From the NCBI GenBank assembly GCA_036397615.1, contig DASWIQ010000118.1, positions 107,012-171,011 on the forward strand: a stretch of DNA of 64,000 nt, read 5' to 3'. Below the pieces are notes generated by a model. The model was not told the origin of the DNA. It worked only from the letters and a program-made list of their open reading frames with translations, and ran no database searches. Shown piece by piece: positions 16,138 to 26,381 of the stretch; within the stretch, counting starts at the first letter, position 1; each line of letters begins with the position of its first letter. The translations under genes and the position numbers were made by a program. The DNA is from Steroidobacteraceae bacterium. Lineage in GTDB: Bacteria > Pseudomonadota > Gammaproteobacteria > Steroidobacterales > Steroidobacteraceae.

Positions 16138-18769
16138 CGGCGGTTCCTTGGTGGCGGGGTGGTGCGGGCGCGAGATAACCGACGACGAGCAGGAGTCCGC
16201 CGATCGCTATGAATGACACGATACGGGCGACGGTGCCCGTATTGCCGAGTTCGACGAGAAACAGCTTGGCGACGACCACGCCCATGAGCGCAGCACCCAG
16301 CATCCAGAGCCAGCGAAGCGCGCGGCGCGCGCCGAGCACCATGGCGCCAAATGCGAGCAATCCCCAATAGACCGAAAGCGCCGCCTGTACCAGGACCGAG
16401 TGGAGCATCGTGTCCGCTCGCCACGGAACGTCGCCCAGGTGATGCACGGCACGCAAGACTGCAATCGTCGACGCCAGGAAGGCGATGCCTCCGACCAGAG
16501 CGAGAGCGCGTTGCCCTGGCTGGCCACGCTCCCGCAACCAGAACCAGACGATCAACAGCGCGACGGCGGTCGAAAGATCGACCGGGTTGAGCACCGGCAA
16601 GTATGGCAAGGGCGTCGGATCGCCGCTGCTTCTCAGATTGAGCCAGGCGACCAGCGATCCCTGGATTGTGATGAGCGCAAGGCAACCCCAACGGGTGTAA
16701 ACCTGAGCAAACTCGGTTACGGGCCAGATTTGCCTGCCCTTGAAGTGGAACACGGCCAGCAGCATGAGGCCGGGGACCCAGGAAGCGACCGAACCCGACC
16801 ACACGTGGCCGGGCGCCACCCGACCCACCTGCCAGTGGACCTCCAGGACCAGCACGAGAGCGGCGAGTGTCAACGCGGCAGCATGCGCGACCTCGGTGAG
16901 CGCTGGCAGGCGCGACGAGTGCTGCCGGAGCATCCAGAACTGGGCAGCGATCGCGAGCAGCCACCCAAGCCAGCCCCAGTCGCCGCCCGGGTGTCCACCG
17001 GTCAACGGATAGGACACGACCAATAGCAGCAGCAAGGGCAGCGAAATGAAGGTTGCAAGTCTTCCGTCGCGCCAATCCAGGCGGCGCGCGACCAGAGTCA
17101 TCAGACTCGCACTGAGCGCGATAAATGCGATCAATGCCGGCCGTTCCATCCCGGAGGCCAGCCGCTCCTCGATTTCGAGTCCACCCGAACCGAGCCACCA
17201 CGCCACGCCCAGCAAGACGAGCAAACGAGCGCCGATGGTCTCGACAGATTGCCAGCGGCCGGTCGCGCGCTCCAGTTGCCGTGCCGAGAAAAGCGCGGCG
17301 AATGAGATCAAGAGCCCGCCCAGCAGATTGCCGTTCAGGACCGGCGGACCTTCCAGTTCGCGCCAGCCATGGTCCATGAAGGCGAGCGCGGATGCGACGA
17401 TCAGTGCGGCGCCGGCGCCGCGCGCCAGCGCGCGATCCTGCCGGCGGCCGATCCAGACGAGCGCAGCCCCCTCGAGAGCCCAGCCAACCGCAGTCCAGCG
17501 CGCATCGAGCGCGAGCGGAATGGCGAGCGTTGCGAACGCGACGGCCAGCGCGAGGTAGGCCTCGATGAGCAGGCGCAGGATCGGGGATCGGCCGCGGTTC
17601 AGCAGGGTCGCAGTGATCGCGTAAAAAGCCGCCGCGATCAGCGCGCTGTAGGCAAGACCGAACTCGGTATCGCGCAGCATCAATGCCTGCATCGCGAATA
17701 CCAGCACGGGCGTCGCGAATACGAGCGTTCCGTCCACGACACCGCGCATCGCGAGCGCGGTGCGTTGCGCGAAGAGGATCGCGACGCCCTGGTAAAACAG
17801 GAAGAACAGCACGACGAAGGGCTGGGTGCTCGCGTACTTCGCGGGTTCGTAACTCTCAGCGGCCCAGATTCCGCCGATCACAAAGGTGAACAGGAAGCCG
17901 ATCAGATTGAGTTCACGCCACGGCCTGTACCACGCGACGCCCAGGATCAGCGCATTCAGCACCAGGTAGTACGAGAACAATACGACGTGATCGCCGGCGC
18001 CGGTCGAGACCAGTATTGGCGCGAGGAAACCGCCGATCGCGCCTAGCGCGGCGAGACCGCGCGCATTCTGCAGAACTGCGAGCGCCCCGACGCCGATCGT
18101 GAGCGCGATCAGCAATCCGAATGCGAAACCGGCCGGGACCAGTTCGTAAAGCCTGAATGCCGCAAACGTCGTCAGATAGAGGATGCCGAGGCCGCCGCCC
18201 TGAAGGCTCAGCGCATACACGCGCGCGCGGAGCCGCAGGCGCCAGCCGACCGCGAGCAGCGCCAGGGCGATTCCGGAAATCGACAACAGCCTGAGTTCGA
18301 TCGGGAAAGCGAACAGTCGATGATCGACGGCATACTTGAGCAGGAACCCGACGCCGAAAAAGGAGACGATTACACCGACTTTGACCGGCACGTTTCCGGT
18401 CGTCAGCCAGTGGCGAACGAACCGCCAGGCAGCTTCGAGACGATCGCCGGTTTGTTCGACGGGTCCAATCCTGGCGGGCGTGAGCGGCCGTGGCGTCGCG
18501 ATCGGCACCGGTCGCGGCGCTGCGGGTTCCCGGGCAGTCGTGGTCGCAGCGACCGCTTGCGGCGCGGGGCCCGCTGTCGCTTGAGCGGATGTCTGGACGC
18601 GAGTCGTCCTTTCGGCTCCTTCCAGCGCTTCCACGCGGCGCGTGAGTCGCATTATTCGTTCGAGAAGGTAGCCGCATGCGCCACCGAGCGCGGCGCCCAA
18701 TGCGGTCGACGCGTCAGAAGCGAGGGCCATCCCCAGCAGCGCCCCGACCAAAGCGAGTACGATCGGCAT
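16124..18769 (-). CDS. DUF2339 domain-containing polytopic membrane protein
   Basis: 881 aa. An N-terminal TM helix and short coiled segment (LLERIMRLTRRVEALEG) are followed by a Pro/Ala linker and then about 20 or more hydrophobic helices. Confidence 0.75.
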   Translation of the reverse strand: MPIVLALVGALLGMALASDASTALGAALGGACGYLLERIMRLTRRVEALEGAERTTRVQTSAQATAGPAPQAVAATTTAREPAAPRPVPIATPRPLTPARIGPVEQTGDRLEAAWRFVRHWLTTGNVPVKVGVIVSFFGVGFLLKYAVDHRLFAFPIELRLLSISGIALALLAVGWRLRLRARVYALSLQGGGLGILYLTTFAAFRLYELVPAGFAFGLLIALTIGVGALAVLQNARGLAALGAIGGFLAPILVSTGAGDHVVLFSYYLVLNALILGVAWYRPWRELNLIGFLFTFVIGGIWAAESYEPAKYASTQPFVVLFFLFYQGVAILFAQRTALAMRGVVDGTLVFATPVLVFAMQALMLRDTEFGLAYSALIAAAFYAITATLLNRGRSPILRLLIEAYLALAVAFATLAIPLALDARWTAVGWALEGAALVWIGRRQDRALARGAGAALIVASALAFMDHGWRELEGPPVLNGNLLGGLLISFAALFSARQLERATGRWQSVETIGARLLVLLGVAWWLGSGGLEIEERLASGMERPALIAFIALSASLMTLVARRLDWRDGRLATFISLPLLLLLVVSYPLTGGHPGGDWGWLGWLLAIAAQFWMLRQHSSRLPALTEVAHAAALTLAALVLVLEVHWQVGRVAPGHVWSGSVASWVPGLMLLAVFHFKGRQIWPVTEFAQVYTRWGCLALITIQGSLVAWLNLRSSGDPTPLPYLPVLNPVDLSTAVALLIVWFWLRERGQPGQRALALVGGIAFLASTIAVLRAVHHLGDVPWRADTMLHSVLVQAALSVYWGLLAFGAMVLGARRALRWLWMLGAALMGVVVAKLFLVELGNTGTVARIVSFIAIGGLLLVVGYLAPAPPRHQGTADAKV

Positions 18770-19086
18770 CCCCGTGTCTCACCTTTGCTGCGCCCGGCAC
18801 TCTAGCAGGACCGGAATTCCTGCGTGCCGCAGCGGGTCGACTCTGGCGGGCGCCGGCGAAGCGCCGCCAGCCGGAACCCGGTGTCCAGTCGCGTCGAAAC
18901 CCCGGTCCGGCGCCCCGGCCTCGCAAAGCAGTGCCATCGGCTGGCGGGAGTGTGGAACCGGTCACCGCTCCGCCTCGGTTTCCTGATGTGGTTCACAGTT
19001 AGCAGCCGACCGGCTGAGGCTACATATATCGACTCGAAAGCCGGCCCAGGGGGGCGGGCTCTGCGCGGGAGTTTGCGCCAGAACAC

Positions 19087-21894
19087 ATGTCTCCGGTCGG
19101 GGAAATCAGCAGGGAGCATTCAGTCCGCGAGCCGTTCTTCGCTCGATGGACGGGCGTGCTCGCGGCCTGCCTTTTCGCCTATATCCCGATCACCCTGCTC
19201 CTGACGTACTCGGACGGGACCGGTGGCCCGGCATTCGAGATCTTCAAGCTTTTCTCCGACTCGCCGGCCAGTATCGGCGCCGCGATCCTCGCGGCGGTCG
19301 CCGCCCGGCAAGAGACGGATGTTGCCGTAAAGCGCACCTGGAACTATTTCGCCGCGGCGATCGGCGTCTACAGCATCGGCAACCTGCTGAATTCCATCTA
19401 CTGGATGTTCGGCGTCGACCCGTTTCCTTCCGTCGGCGACGTCTGCTTCATGGGTTTCTATCCGCTGCTGTTCGCGGGCATCCTGACCGCGGTTCGCGCC
19501 GCTTCCTTGCGGGTGCATTGGGGCCGCCTCGCGCTCGACGCCACGATCCTGATGCTCGGCTTCGGCGCATTCTTCTGGTTCTTCGTGATCGGGCCGACGG
19601 CCGCCGCTGAACGCGATCCCGACGTCATCAAGTACGTCCTGACGCAGAGCTACATCGGGCTGAACTGCCTGATGCTGCTCGCGTTCGGCATCCTGCTGAT
19701 GCACGCGGGCGCCGGGTCGATCGCGCGCCGCACGCTCGTGCTCCTGACCATCGGTTTCTCCGCCATGTCGCTCGCCGACATCGTGTGGGCCATGGCAAAG
19801 GTCTCCGGGACCTACCTGCCGGGCGGCCTGTCGGACGCGATGTACCTTTCCTGTTATGCCTGGCTCATCGCGGCGGCACGAGAACAGCTCCGCGGCGCGC
19901 CTGTCGCGCGGCCCGAAGCGAGCGCCACGAGCGGCGCCCTCATGCAGGGCATGCCGTACGTGGCGATGCTGGTGTCCTTCCTCGTGCTCGTGTACGTCGA
20001 GCGCAGTTCGGTCTCGAGTCCGGCGACGGCGATGACCGTGATCATCTTTCTACTGACGCTCCTCGTCATGCTGCGCCAGGGCGTGCTGTCGCGCGATGAC
20101 GCGCTGCTGCGCGAGCGGCGTGCCGCCGGCATCGTCGAGGCGCGCTATGCATCGCTCATCAAGAACGCATCCGACGTGATCATGATCGCCGACGTGGACG
20201 GGCGTCTGCGATTCGCGTCGCCCGCGGCCGAACGCACGTTCGGCATGCACCCGGACGATCTCGTGAGCCGCAACCTGCTGGATCTCTGGGGCGAGGCCGA
20301 TCGCGAGCGTCTCGCCGCCTTCCTCGCGGAAGTCGCCGCCACCCGCGGCCGCTCGATCGGGCCCGTCGAGGTCACGGTCGGCAACGGCACGCGGCGCAGC
20401 ACGCTCGAAAGCGTCGGCAGCAACCTGCTCGACGATCCGGCGATCGCCGGACTCGCTCTCAACTTCCGCGACGTCAGCGAGCGCAAGGCGCTCGAAGAGC
20501 AGCTCCGCCAACTCGCCTTCCACGACCCGCTGACGCTCCTCGCCAACCGGAGCCTGTTCCGCAACCGCGTCCAGCACGCGCTCGCGCTGACGCAACGCTC
20601 GCACCAGCGTCTCGCCGTCATGTTCCTGGACCTCGACAATTTCAAGAACGTCAACGACTCGCTTGGGCACGATGCTGGCGACCGCCTGCTCCAGGCGGCC
20701 GCGCAACGGCTCGTCAAGTCGACGCGCCCGTCCGATACGGTCGCGCGCCTCGGCGGCGACGAATTCGCCATCCTGCTGGAGGGAATCAACGAATCGACGG
20801 ACGTCGAGTGCATCGCCGCCGCGATCACGCGCTCATTCGACGAGCCATTGCTGCTCGACGGCAGCGACACGCACATCGCGGCCAGCATCGGCATCGCGTT
20901 TTCGCAGGCCGACGACGACACCGAGCAGCTGCTGCGGAATGCCGACATCGCGATGTACAGCGCGAAGGCCGCGGGCAAGGCGAGGTTCGTCGTATTCCAG
21001 CCGCGCATGCAGGAACAGCTCCGCGAGCGGCTGCGCCTCGAAGAGGACATCAACCGGGCGCTCGAGCGCAACGAATTCTTCGTCGAATACCAGCCGGTCA
21101 TCGACCTCACCCGCCGGGAATTGCTCGGCGTCGAAGCGCTGGTGCGCTGGAATCATCCGGAACAGGGCCTGGTCATGCCGGGCGCATTCATCACGGCGGC
21201 GGAGGAATCCGGCCAGATCGTCGAGCTCGGCCGCTGGGTGCTGATCGAGGCCTGCCGCAGCGTCAAGGCCTGGCGCGACTCGATCGTCGCAGGCGACGGG
21301 CTCAGGGTCGCGGTCAACATCTCGGGACGCCACCTGCAGCACGCCGATCTCGTCGCGGACGTGCGGAGCGCCCTCGAGATCTCCGGTCTCGAACCCGAGA
21401 ATCTCGTCATCGAGCTCACCGAAAGCACGATCATGCACAACACCGAGGTGAACCTGGAACGCTTCCGGGAGCTCAAGGCACTCGGTGTGCGCCTCGCGAT
21501 CGACGACTTCGGCATGGGCTACTCGTCGCTTTCCTACCTGCACCGCTTCCCGATCGACATCCTGAAAATCGACCGCTCGTTCGTCGGCCGGCTGACCGAG
21601 CAGGACGACGGGCCGGAACTCGCGCGTGCGGTGGTCATGCTCGGTGAAACGCTCGGACTCGAAACGGTCGCCGAGGGCGTCGAGCACGAGGATCAGGTGG
21701 CCAAGCTGCTCGAGCTCGGCTGCGTCGCAGCCCAGGGATTTCTCTTCGCGCGATCGAGCTCGCTCGCGGACGTGGCCGCGACTTCATTCACCTCGCGGCG
21801 CGCGGAATTGCGGAATGCCCAATCGTTGCACGACCGGCTGACCGCGACCGGGCGCTTCCACGTGGGCAACGCGCGGACGCGATCGGTCGCCTGA
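19087..21894 (+). CDS. membrane sensor PAS-GGDEF-EAL protein (putative diguanylate cyclase/phosphodiesterase)
   Basis: About 8 N-terminal TM helices and a PAS region (YASLIKNASDVIMIADVDGRLRFASPAAERTFG). The GGDEF motif has an RxxD I-site (RPSDTVARLGGDEF). EAL motifs are present (GVEALVRW, DDFGMGYSSLSYL, KIDRSF). Confidence 0.9.
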   Translation: MSPVGEISREHSVREPFFARWTGVLAACLFAYIPITLLLTYSDGTGGPAFEIFKLFSDSPASIGAAILAAVAARQETDVAVKRTWNYFAAAIGVYSIGNLLNSIYWMFGVDPFPSVGDVCFMGFYPLLFAGILTAVRAASLRVHWGRLALDATILMLGFGAFFWFFVIGPTAAAERDPDVIKYVLTQSYIGLNCLMLLAFGILLMHAGAGSIARRTLVLLTIGFSAMSLADIVWAMAKVSGTYLPGGLSDAMYLSCYAWLIAAAREQLRGAPVARPEASATSGALMQGMPYVAMLVSFLVLVYVERSSVSSPATAMTVIIFLLTLLVMLRQGVLSRDDALLRERRAAGIVEARYASLIKNASDVIMIADVDGRLRFASPAAERTFGMHPDDLVSRNLLDLWGEADRERLAAFLAEVAATRGRSIGPVEVTVGNGTRRSTLESVGSNLLDDPAIAGLALNFRDVSERKALEEQLRQLAFHDPLTLLANRSLFRNRVQHALALTQRSHQRLAVMFLDLDNFKNVNDSLGHDAGDRLLQAAAQRLVKSTRPSDTVARLGGDEFAILLEGINESTDVECIAAAITRSFDEPLLLDGSDTHIAASIGIAFSQADDDTEQLLRNADIAMYSAKAAGKARFVVFQPRMQEQLRERLRLEEDINRALERNEFFVEYQPVIDLTRRELLGVEALVRWNHPEQGLVMPGAFITAAEESGQIVELGRWVLIEACRSVKAWRDSIVAGDGLRVAVNISGRHLQHADLVADVRSALEISGLEPENLVIELTESTIMHNTEVNLERFRELKALGVRLAIDDFGMGYSSLSYLHRFPIDILKIDRSFVGRLTEQDDGPELARAVVMLGETLGLETVAEGVEHEDQVAKLLELGCVAAQGFLFARSSSLADVAATSFTSRRAELRNAQSLHDRLTATGRFHVGNARTRSVA

Positions 21895-21895
21895 G

Positions 21896-23596
21896 TCAGG
21901 GCGCCCCGTACACGATCTCGCCGCCAATCACCGTCATCACGGCGCGTGAGCGCGGGATCTCCGCCTCGGGGATCGTCATGAGGTCGGTCGAGAACACGCT
22001 GAAGTCCGCAAGCTTGCCCGGCTCGATCGTGCCGCGGTCGTTTTCCTCGAATGCGGCAAAGGCTGGACCTTTCGTCAACACCGCGAGTGCTTCGTCGCGC
22101 GTCAGCCGCTGGTCAAGGCCCCAGTCCGCACCGGCATAGCCTTCGAGCGTGCGGCGCGCGACCGCGCCATAGAACTCGACCAGCGGATCGCCCTGCTCGA
22201 CCGGCGCGTCGCTGCCGCCCGCGATCATCGCGCCGGCATCCATGAGCGAGCGCCAGGCGTACGCGCCGGCAATCCGCCCGGGACCGAGGCGCGCGGGCGC
22301 GAACAGCATGTCGCTGATGGCGTGCGAGGTCTGCATCGAGGCGATGACCCCGAGCTTTGCGAAACGCGGCATGTCCCTGGCGGACACCACCTGTGCGTGC
22401 TCGACGCGGAAGCGCGGTTCGGCGACCGCGCGTTCGCCCGGCGGCACCGTCGCAAACGCCTTTTCGTACTGGTCGAGAGCGACGCGGTTGCCGCGGTCGC
22501 CGATCGCGTGCGTCTCGATCTGGATGCCACGTTTCAGGCCCGCGATCGCGATCCGGAGGATTTCCTCCGGCGGAGTGACGTAAAGACCGCGGCTTTCCGG
22601 CGCATCGCTATAAGGCTCCTCGAGCGCCGCGCCGCGGGAGCCGAGAGCGCCGTCGATGTAGAGCTTGATGGCGCGCACGGTCAGGCGCGGATCGCAACTC
22701 TTGTAATTCCGGCCTTCGTTCAGCAGGCGCTCGGCATCCGCACTCGGGCCGCCGATTGCGGCGTAGAGCCTGAGATTCAGCCGGCCCGACGCGTAGAGCC
22801 TGCAGAGCTGCTCGATTTCCCGCCAGGTCGTGCCGGCGATCTGCATTTCCGTCCACCCGAGGCGAACGCTGCGGCTCGCGCCGGTCTCGAGCGCCCGCGC
22901 GAGATCCTCGTCCGTAACCGGAGGCACGTGGCGCTGAACGAGGTCCATGGCCGCGTCGACAAGCATGCCGGTCGGCAGACCGGTCCTCGGATCGCGCAGG
23001 ATCTGTCCGCCGGCCGGATCGGGTGTGTCCGGCCCGATGCCTGCGATCTTGAGCGCGAGCGAGCTCGCGACGACCGCGTGGCCGTCGGCGCGTTCCAGCA
23101 CGACGGGCCGGCTCGTCACGACCGCATCGAGGTCCTCGCGGGTCGGGAATACCGCCGGCGTCCACTTCGACTCGATCCAGCCGCCTCCGACGATCCATGC
23201 GTCGCCCGGCGCCGTCCGCACTCGCTCGCGCAGGCGCTCCTGCAATACCGGCAGGCTTTCGACGCCGGTCAGGTCGAAACTGAGTTCGCGCCAGCCGATG
23301 CCGGAAAGATGCGCGTGGGCGTCGGCAAGGCCGGGAAAGACGGTCGCGCCTTTCAGGTCGACGCGGCGCGCATCTTCCGGTGCGAGCGCCAGCGCGCCGG
23401 CTCTGTCGCCGACATAGGCGACGCGGCCGCCGACGGCGAGCACCGCTTCGGCACGCGGTTGCGCCGGCACGCCGGTATGGATGTTGGCGTTGTGAAGCAG
23501 GAGCGCCGGCGGCGCCCCGGCGAAACTCCGCGTCCCGGCGAGCAGCGCCGCCGCGGCGCCGAGAAGCAAGCCGATCCAGCACGGGCGGCCAGGCAC
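21896..23596 (-). CDS. amidohydrolase family protein (YtcJ-like, secreted)
   Basis: Signal peptide, HxH metal motif (GLADAHAHLSG), and the motifs ETHAIGDRGN and AGGSDAPV. Confidence 0.85.
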   Translation of the reverse strand: MPGRPCWIGLLLGAAAALLAGTRSFAGAPPALLLHNANIHTGVPAQPRAEAVLAVGGRVAYVGDRAGALALAPEDARRVDLKGATVFPGLADAHAHLSGIGWRELSFDLTGVESLPVLQERLRERVRTAPGDAWIVGGGWIESKWTPAVFPTREDLDAVVTSRPVVLERADGHAVVASSLALKIAGIGPDTPDPAGGQILRDPRTGLPTGMLVDAAMDLVQRHVPPVTDEDLARALETGASRSVRLGWTEMQIAGTTWREIEQLCRLYASGRLNLRLYAAIGGPSADAERLLNEGRNYKSCDPRLTVRAIKLYIDGALGSRGAALEEPYSDAPESRGLYVTPPEEILRIAIAGLKRGIQIETHAIGDRGNRVALDQYEKAFATVPPGERAVAEPRFRVEHAQVVSARDMPRFAKLGVIASMQTSHAISDMLFAPARLGPGRIAGAYAWRSLMDAGAMIAGGSDAPVEQGDPLVEFYGAVARRTLEGYAGADWGLDQRLTRDEALAVLTKGPAFAAFEENDRGTIEPGKLADFSVFSTDLMTIPEAEIPRSRAVMTVIGGEIVYGAP

Positions 23597-23603
23597 GCGC
23601 CGA

Positions 23604-24524
23604 CTACGCCTTCTGGCTTTTCACGACGCTCGTCGCGAGCGCGATCATCGAGGCGATGTCCGTGAGATTCGCGGGAACGACGAGCGTGCTCGACGCCTCG
23701 TTCGCGAGCTGCCCGAACTGCTTGACGTATTCTTCCGCCACCCGCAATTGCATCGCCTCGATTCCGCCGCGGCCGGAAAGCGCCTCGCCCACCTGGCGCA
23801 GGCCCTCGGCCGTAGCCGTCGCGACCGCAAGGATCGCGGCCGCCTCACCCTGTGCCTCGTTGATCTGTTGCTGCTTGTTGGCTTCGGATTCCTTGATGAC
23901 GCGCTGCTTCTCGCCTTCCGCCGTGTTGATCTTGGCGTCGCGCTCGCCCTCGGAAGTCAGCACGACGGCGCGCTTCTCGCGCTCCGCGCGCATCTGCTTC
24001 TCCATCGCCTGCAAAACGTCTTTGGGCGGATTGATGTTCTTGATCTCGTAACGCAGCACCTTGACGCCCCAGGGGGCGGAAGCCTTGTCGAGTTCGGCGA
24101 CGACATTCTGGTTGATCGTCTGCCGCTCCTCGAACGTGCGGTCGAGTTCGATCTTGCCGATTTCGCTTCGCAAGGTCGTCTGCGCGAGCTGGATGATCGC
24201 GAAGCGGTAGTTCGTGATGCCGTAGGAAGCCTTGCTCGCCTCCAGGACCTGGAGATACAGCACTCCGTCGACGCCGACCTGCACATTATCCCGGGTGATG
24301 CAGATCTGTTCCGGAATGTCCATCGCCTCTTCCTTCAGGTTGTGCTTGTAGGCGATGCGCTCGATGAAGGGGACCAGGATGTGAAAACCCGCCTGGATCG
24401 TGCGGCTGTAGCGGCCGAGATTCTCGACGACATACGCGCTTTGCTGCGGCACGACGACTGCGGTCTTCGCAATGATGATGATCGCGAGAAGCGCGACGAC
24501 GCCGACGACATACATCGATTCCAT
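23604..24524 (-). CDS. SPFH domain/band 7 family protein (stomatin-like)
   Basis: N-terminal TM helix, then an SPFH core (VVPQQSAYVVENLGRYSRT, ITRDNVQVGVDGVLYLQV) and a C-terminal coiled-coil. Confidence 0.9.
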   Translation of the reverse strand: MESMYVVGVVALLAIIIIAKTAVVVPQQSAYVVENLGRYSRTIQAGFHILVPFIERIAYKHNLKEEAMDIPEQICITRDNVQVGVDGVLYLQVLEASKASYGITNYRFAIIQLAQTTLRSEIGKIELDRTFEERQTINQNVVAELDKASAPWGVKVLRYEIKNINPPKDVLQAMEKQMRAEREKRAVVLTSEGERDAKINTAEGEKQRVIKESEANKQQQINEAQGEAAAILAVATATAEGLRQVGEALSGRGGIEAMQLRVAEEYVKQFGQLANEASSTLVVPANLTDIASMIALATSVVKSQKA

Positions 24525-24530
24525 GCGTGC

Positions 24531-24965
24531 TTACTCCGCTTTGACGTGCAGGGTCAGACCGTCGACCGCGGCAATGACCGCCTCGCGGCCCGCCTCGATC
24601 GGCTCTGAACCCGTATTCCGTGCGGTCCAGCTCGATCCGCGGTAGTCCACGCGGCCGCTCTGGCCCGGGTCCAGGCGCGAGGCAATCACGACGCGGTCGC
24701 CGACAGTCAATCGCTCGTCGACGTGGCCGCCGCGATTTCGCACCATTTCATACAGCCGCTTCCGGAACGCAAGCATTGCGACCACCGCAAGCGCGGAAAA
24801 GATCAGCCATTGCATCCAATTCGGCAGGTCGATGCCGGCGAGACCGAGAAGGCCCACCGCGGCTGCCGACAATCCGATGAATACAAGGTAGAACTGCGCG
24901 TCGATGACGAACATCTCGACGCCAAGCAAGCCGATGCCCAACACCAGCCAGGCCCACCAAGGCAT
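24531..24965 (-). CDS. NfeD family membrane protein
   Basis: Three TM helices plus a C-terminal OB-like domain (GRVDYRGSSWTARN). It sits directly upstream of its usual SPFH partner. Start taken at MPWWAW; the ATG at 25007 is also possible. Confidence 0.8.
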   Translation of the reverse strand: MPWWAWLVLGIGLLGVEMFVIDAQFYLVFIGLSAAAVGLLGLAGIDLPNWMQWLIFSALAVVAMLAFRKRLYEMVRNRGGHVDERLTVGDRVVIASRLDPGQSGRVDYRGSSWTARNTGSEPIEAGREAVIAAVDGLTLHVKAE

Positions 24966-25106
24966 CCGATCCCCCTGGGCGCCGATCGCGCCGTCAGTGC
25001 CGTTCACCGCAAAGCTTAACCGATCCCAAAGTCATGTATTGAACGCCTGCGACCGCGGGCGGTAGCCTGCGCAGGCCGGAAATCCTCCCGTTGCCAGGAA
25101 GCCGCC

Positions 25107-26378
25107 ATGAAAGCAGTCCTTGGGTCGCTCGCCATCCTGTTCCTCCCGCCGGCGCTTGCGGCCGACGCAGGCCTCAACCCCGCGCAGCAGGAGATGGTCG
25201 ACGCGGAACGTGCTTTTGTGCGACTGGCCGCCGAACGCGGATTCCGCGATTCGTTTTTCACGTACTTTGCCGACGACGGCATCGCATTCAATCCGCATCC
25301 CTTCCGCGTCAGGACGGCGCTTGCAAACCAGCCGCCCTCGCCCGCGCCCATGGGCGCCATCTGGGCGCCGGTTTACGGCGGCATCGCGGAGGCCGGCGAC
25401 CTCGGATGGAATACAGGCCCGCTGGTGTTCGAGGGCAAGGGTGGGCAGCCGGACCGGCACGGCATGTTCTTCTCGGTCTGGAAGCGCCAGGCCGATGGGC
25501 AGTTCAAAGTCGTGCTGGATGTCGGAAGCGATACGCCCACCGCCGTCGTGCCGATGGACACGCCGGTGCAGTCTTCGCACCGCGCCGCCGCAAATCCGCC
25601 TGCAAGCGCCGATGTGGCCGCCGAGACCGCCGCTCTGCTCGCGCTCGAGCGCGAGTTTCTCGCGACCGCCCAGTCGGAGAGCCTCGGCCGGGCGTACGGA
25701 AGCCGGCTGAGCGACGACGCGCGCGTGCATCGCCCCGGTGTGATGCCGGTCGTCGGCCGGGTCGCGCTCGGTGAGTGGGCAAACGCCCAGGTGGCGAAGT
25801 ATCGGGGCGAGCCGCTCGCCGCCGACGTCTCGCGATCCGGGGACCTCGGCTACGCCTATGGCAATTACGAGAAGCTCGGCGAGACGCCGGAGGCCGGCTA
25901 CTTCGCCCGCGTGTGGAAGCGGGATTCAAAGGGCGATTGGCGCATCGTGATGGACACGATCAGCCCCCTGCCCGCCGGCGTGAAGCCGTTGACCGCCGAG
26001 TTGCAACGCGCCGAGGAACTCTACTTCGCCGGTCGATGGGCGGAGGCCGAAGCGGCGTACCAGAAGCACGTCGATGAGAATCCGGGCAATGCGTTCGCAT
26101 GGAACCGCCTCGGATCCAGCCAGATCTTCCTGAAGAAATATCCCGACGCGATCCGGAATCTCGAGCGGAGCATCGAACTGAGCGGTGGTATCCCGGCCGA
26201 CTTCTACAATCTCGCCTGCGCGTACGCGCTCTCGGGCGAGCCGGACAAGTCGCTCGACAACGTGGAAACCGCAATCGCCAAAGGGTTGAGGAATCGCAGC
26301 CAGTACGAGTCGGATCCGGATCTCGCAAGCTTGCGCGAGCTGCCGCGCTTCAAGGCGTTGATGCAGCCTCTCGGCTGA
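25107..26378 (+). CDS. secreted protein with NTF2/DUF4440-like repeats and C-terminal TPR module
   Basis: Signal peptide MKAVLGSLAILFLPPALA. Two similar segments (ERAFVRLAAERGF and EREFLATAQSESLG) each end in a W-K-R/W-R-I stretch. The C-terminus has TPR-like repeats ending in DPDLASLRELPRFKALM. Confidence 0.75.
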   Translation: MKAVLGSLAILFLPPALAADAGLNPAQQEMVDAERAFVRLAAERGFRDSFFTYFADDGIAFNPHPFRVRTALANQPPSPAPMGAIWAPVYGGIAEAGDLGWNTGPLVFEGKGGQPDRHGMFFSVWKRQADGQFKVVLDVGSDTPTAVVPMDTPVQSSHRAAANPPASADVAAETAALLALEREFLATAQSESLGRAYGSRLSDDARVHRPGVMPVVGRVALGEWANAQVAKYRGEPLAADVSRSGDLGYAYGNYEKLGETPEAGYFARVWKRDSKGDWRIVMDTISPLPAGVKPLTAELQRAEELYFAGRWAEAEAAYQKHVDENPGNAFAWNRLGSSQIFLKKYPDAIRNLERSIELSGGIPADFYNLACAYALSGEPDKSLDNVETAIAKGLRNRSQYESDPDLASLRELPRFKALMQPLG

Positions 26379-26381
26379 CGC

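Noticed and set aside
18880-18990. Possible c-di-GMP (GEMM-like) riboswitch upstream of the GGDEF-EAL gene, prompted by a CGCAAAGC element
   Set aside because: Only one short conserved-looking element is present. I could not find the paired GGCAAACC-type element or the two-hairpin architecture. A covariance-model scan is needed, so I make no call.
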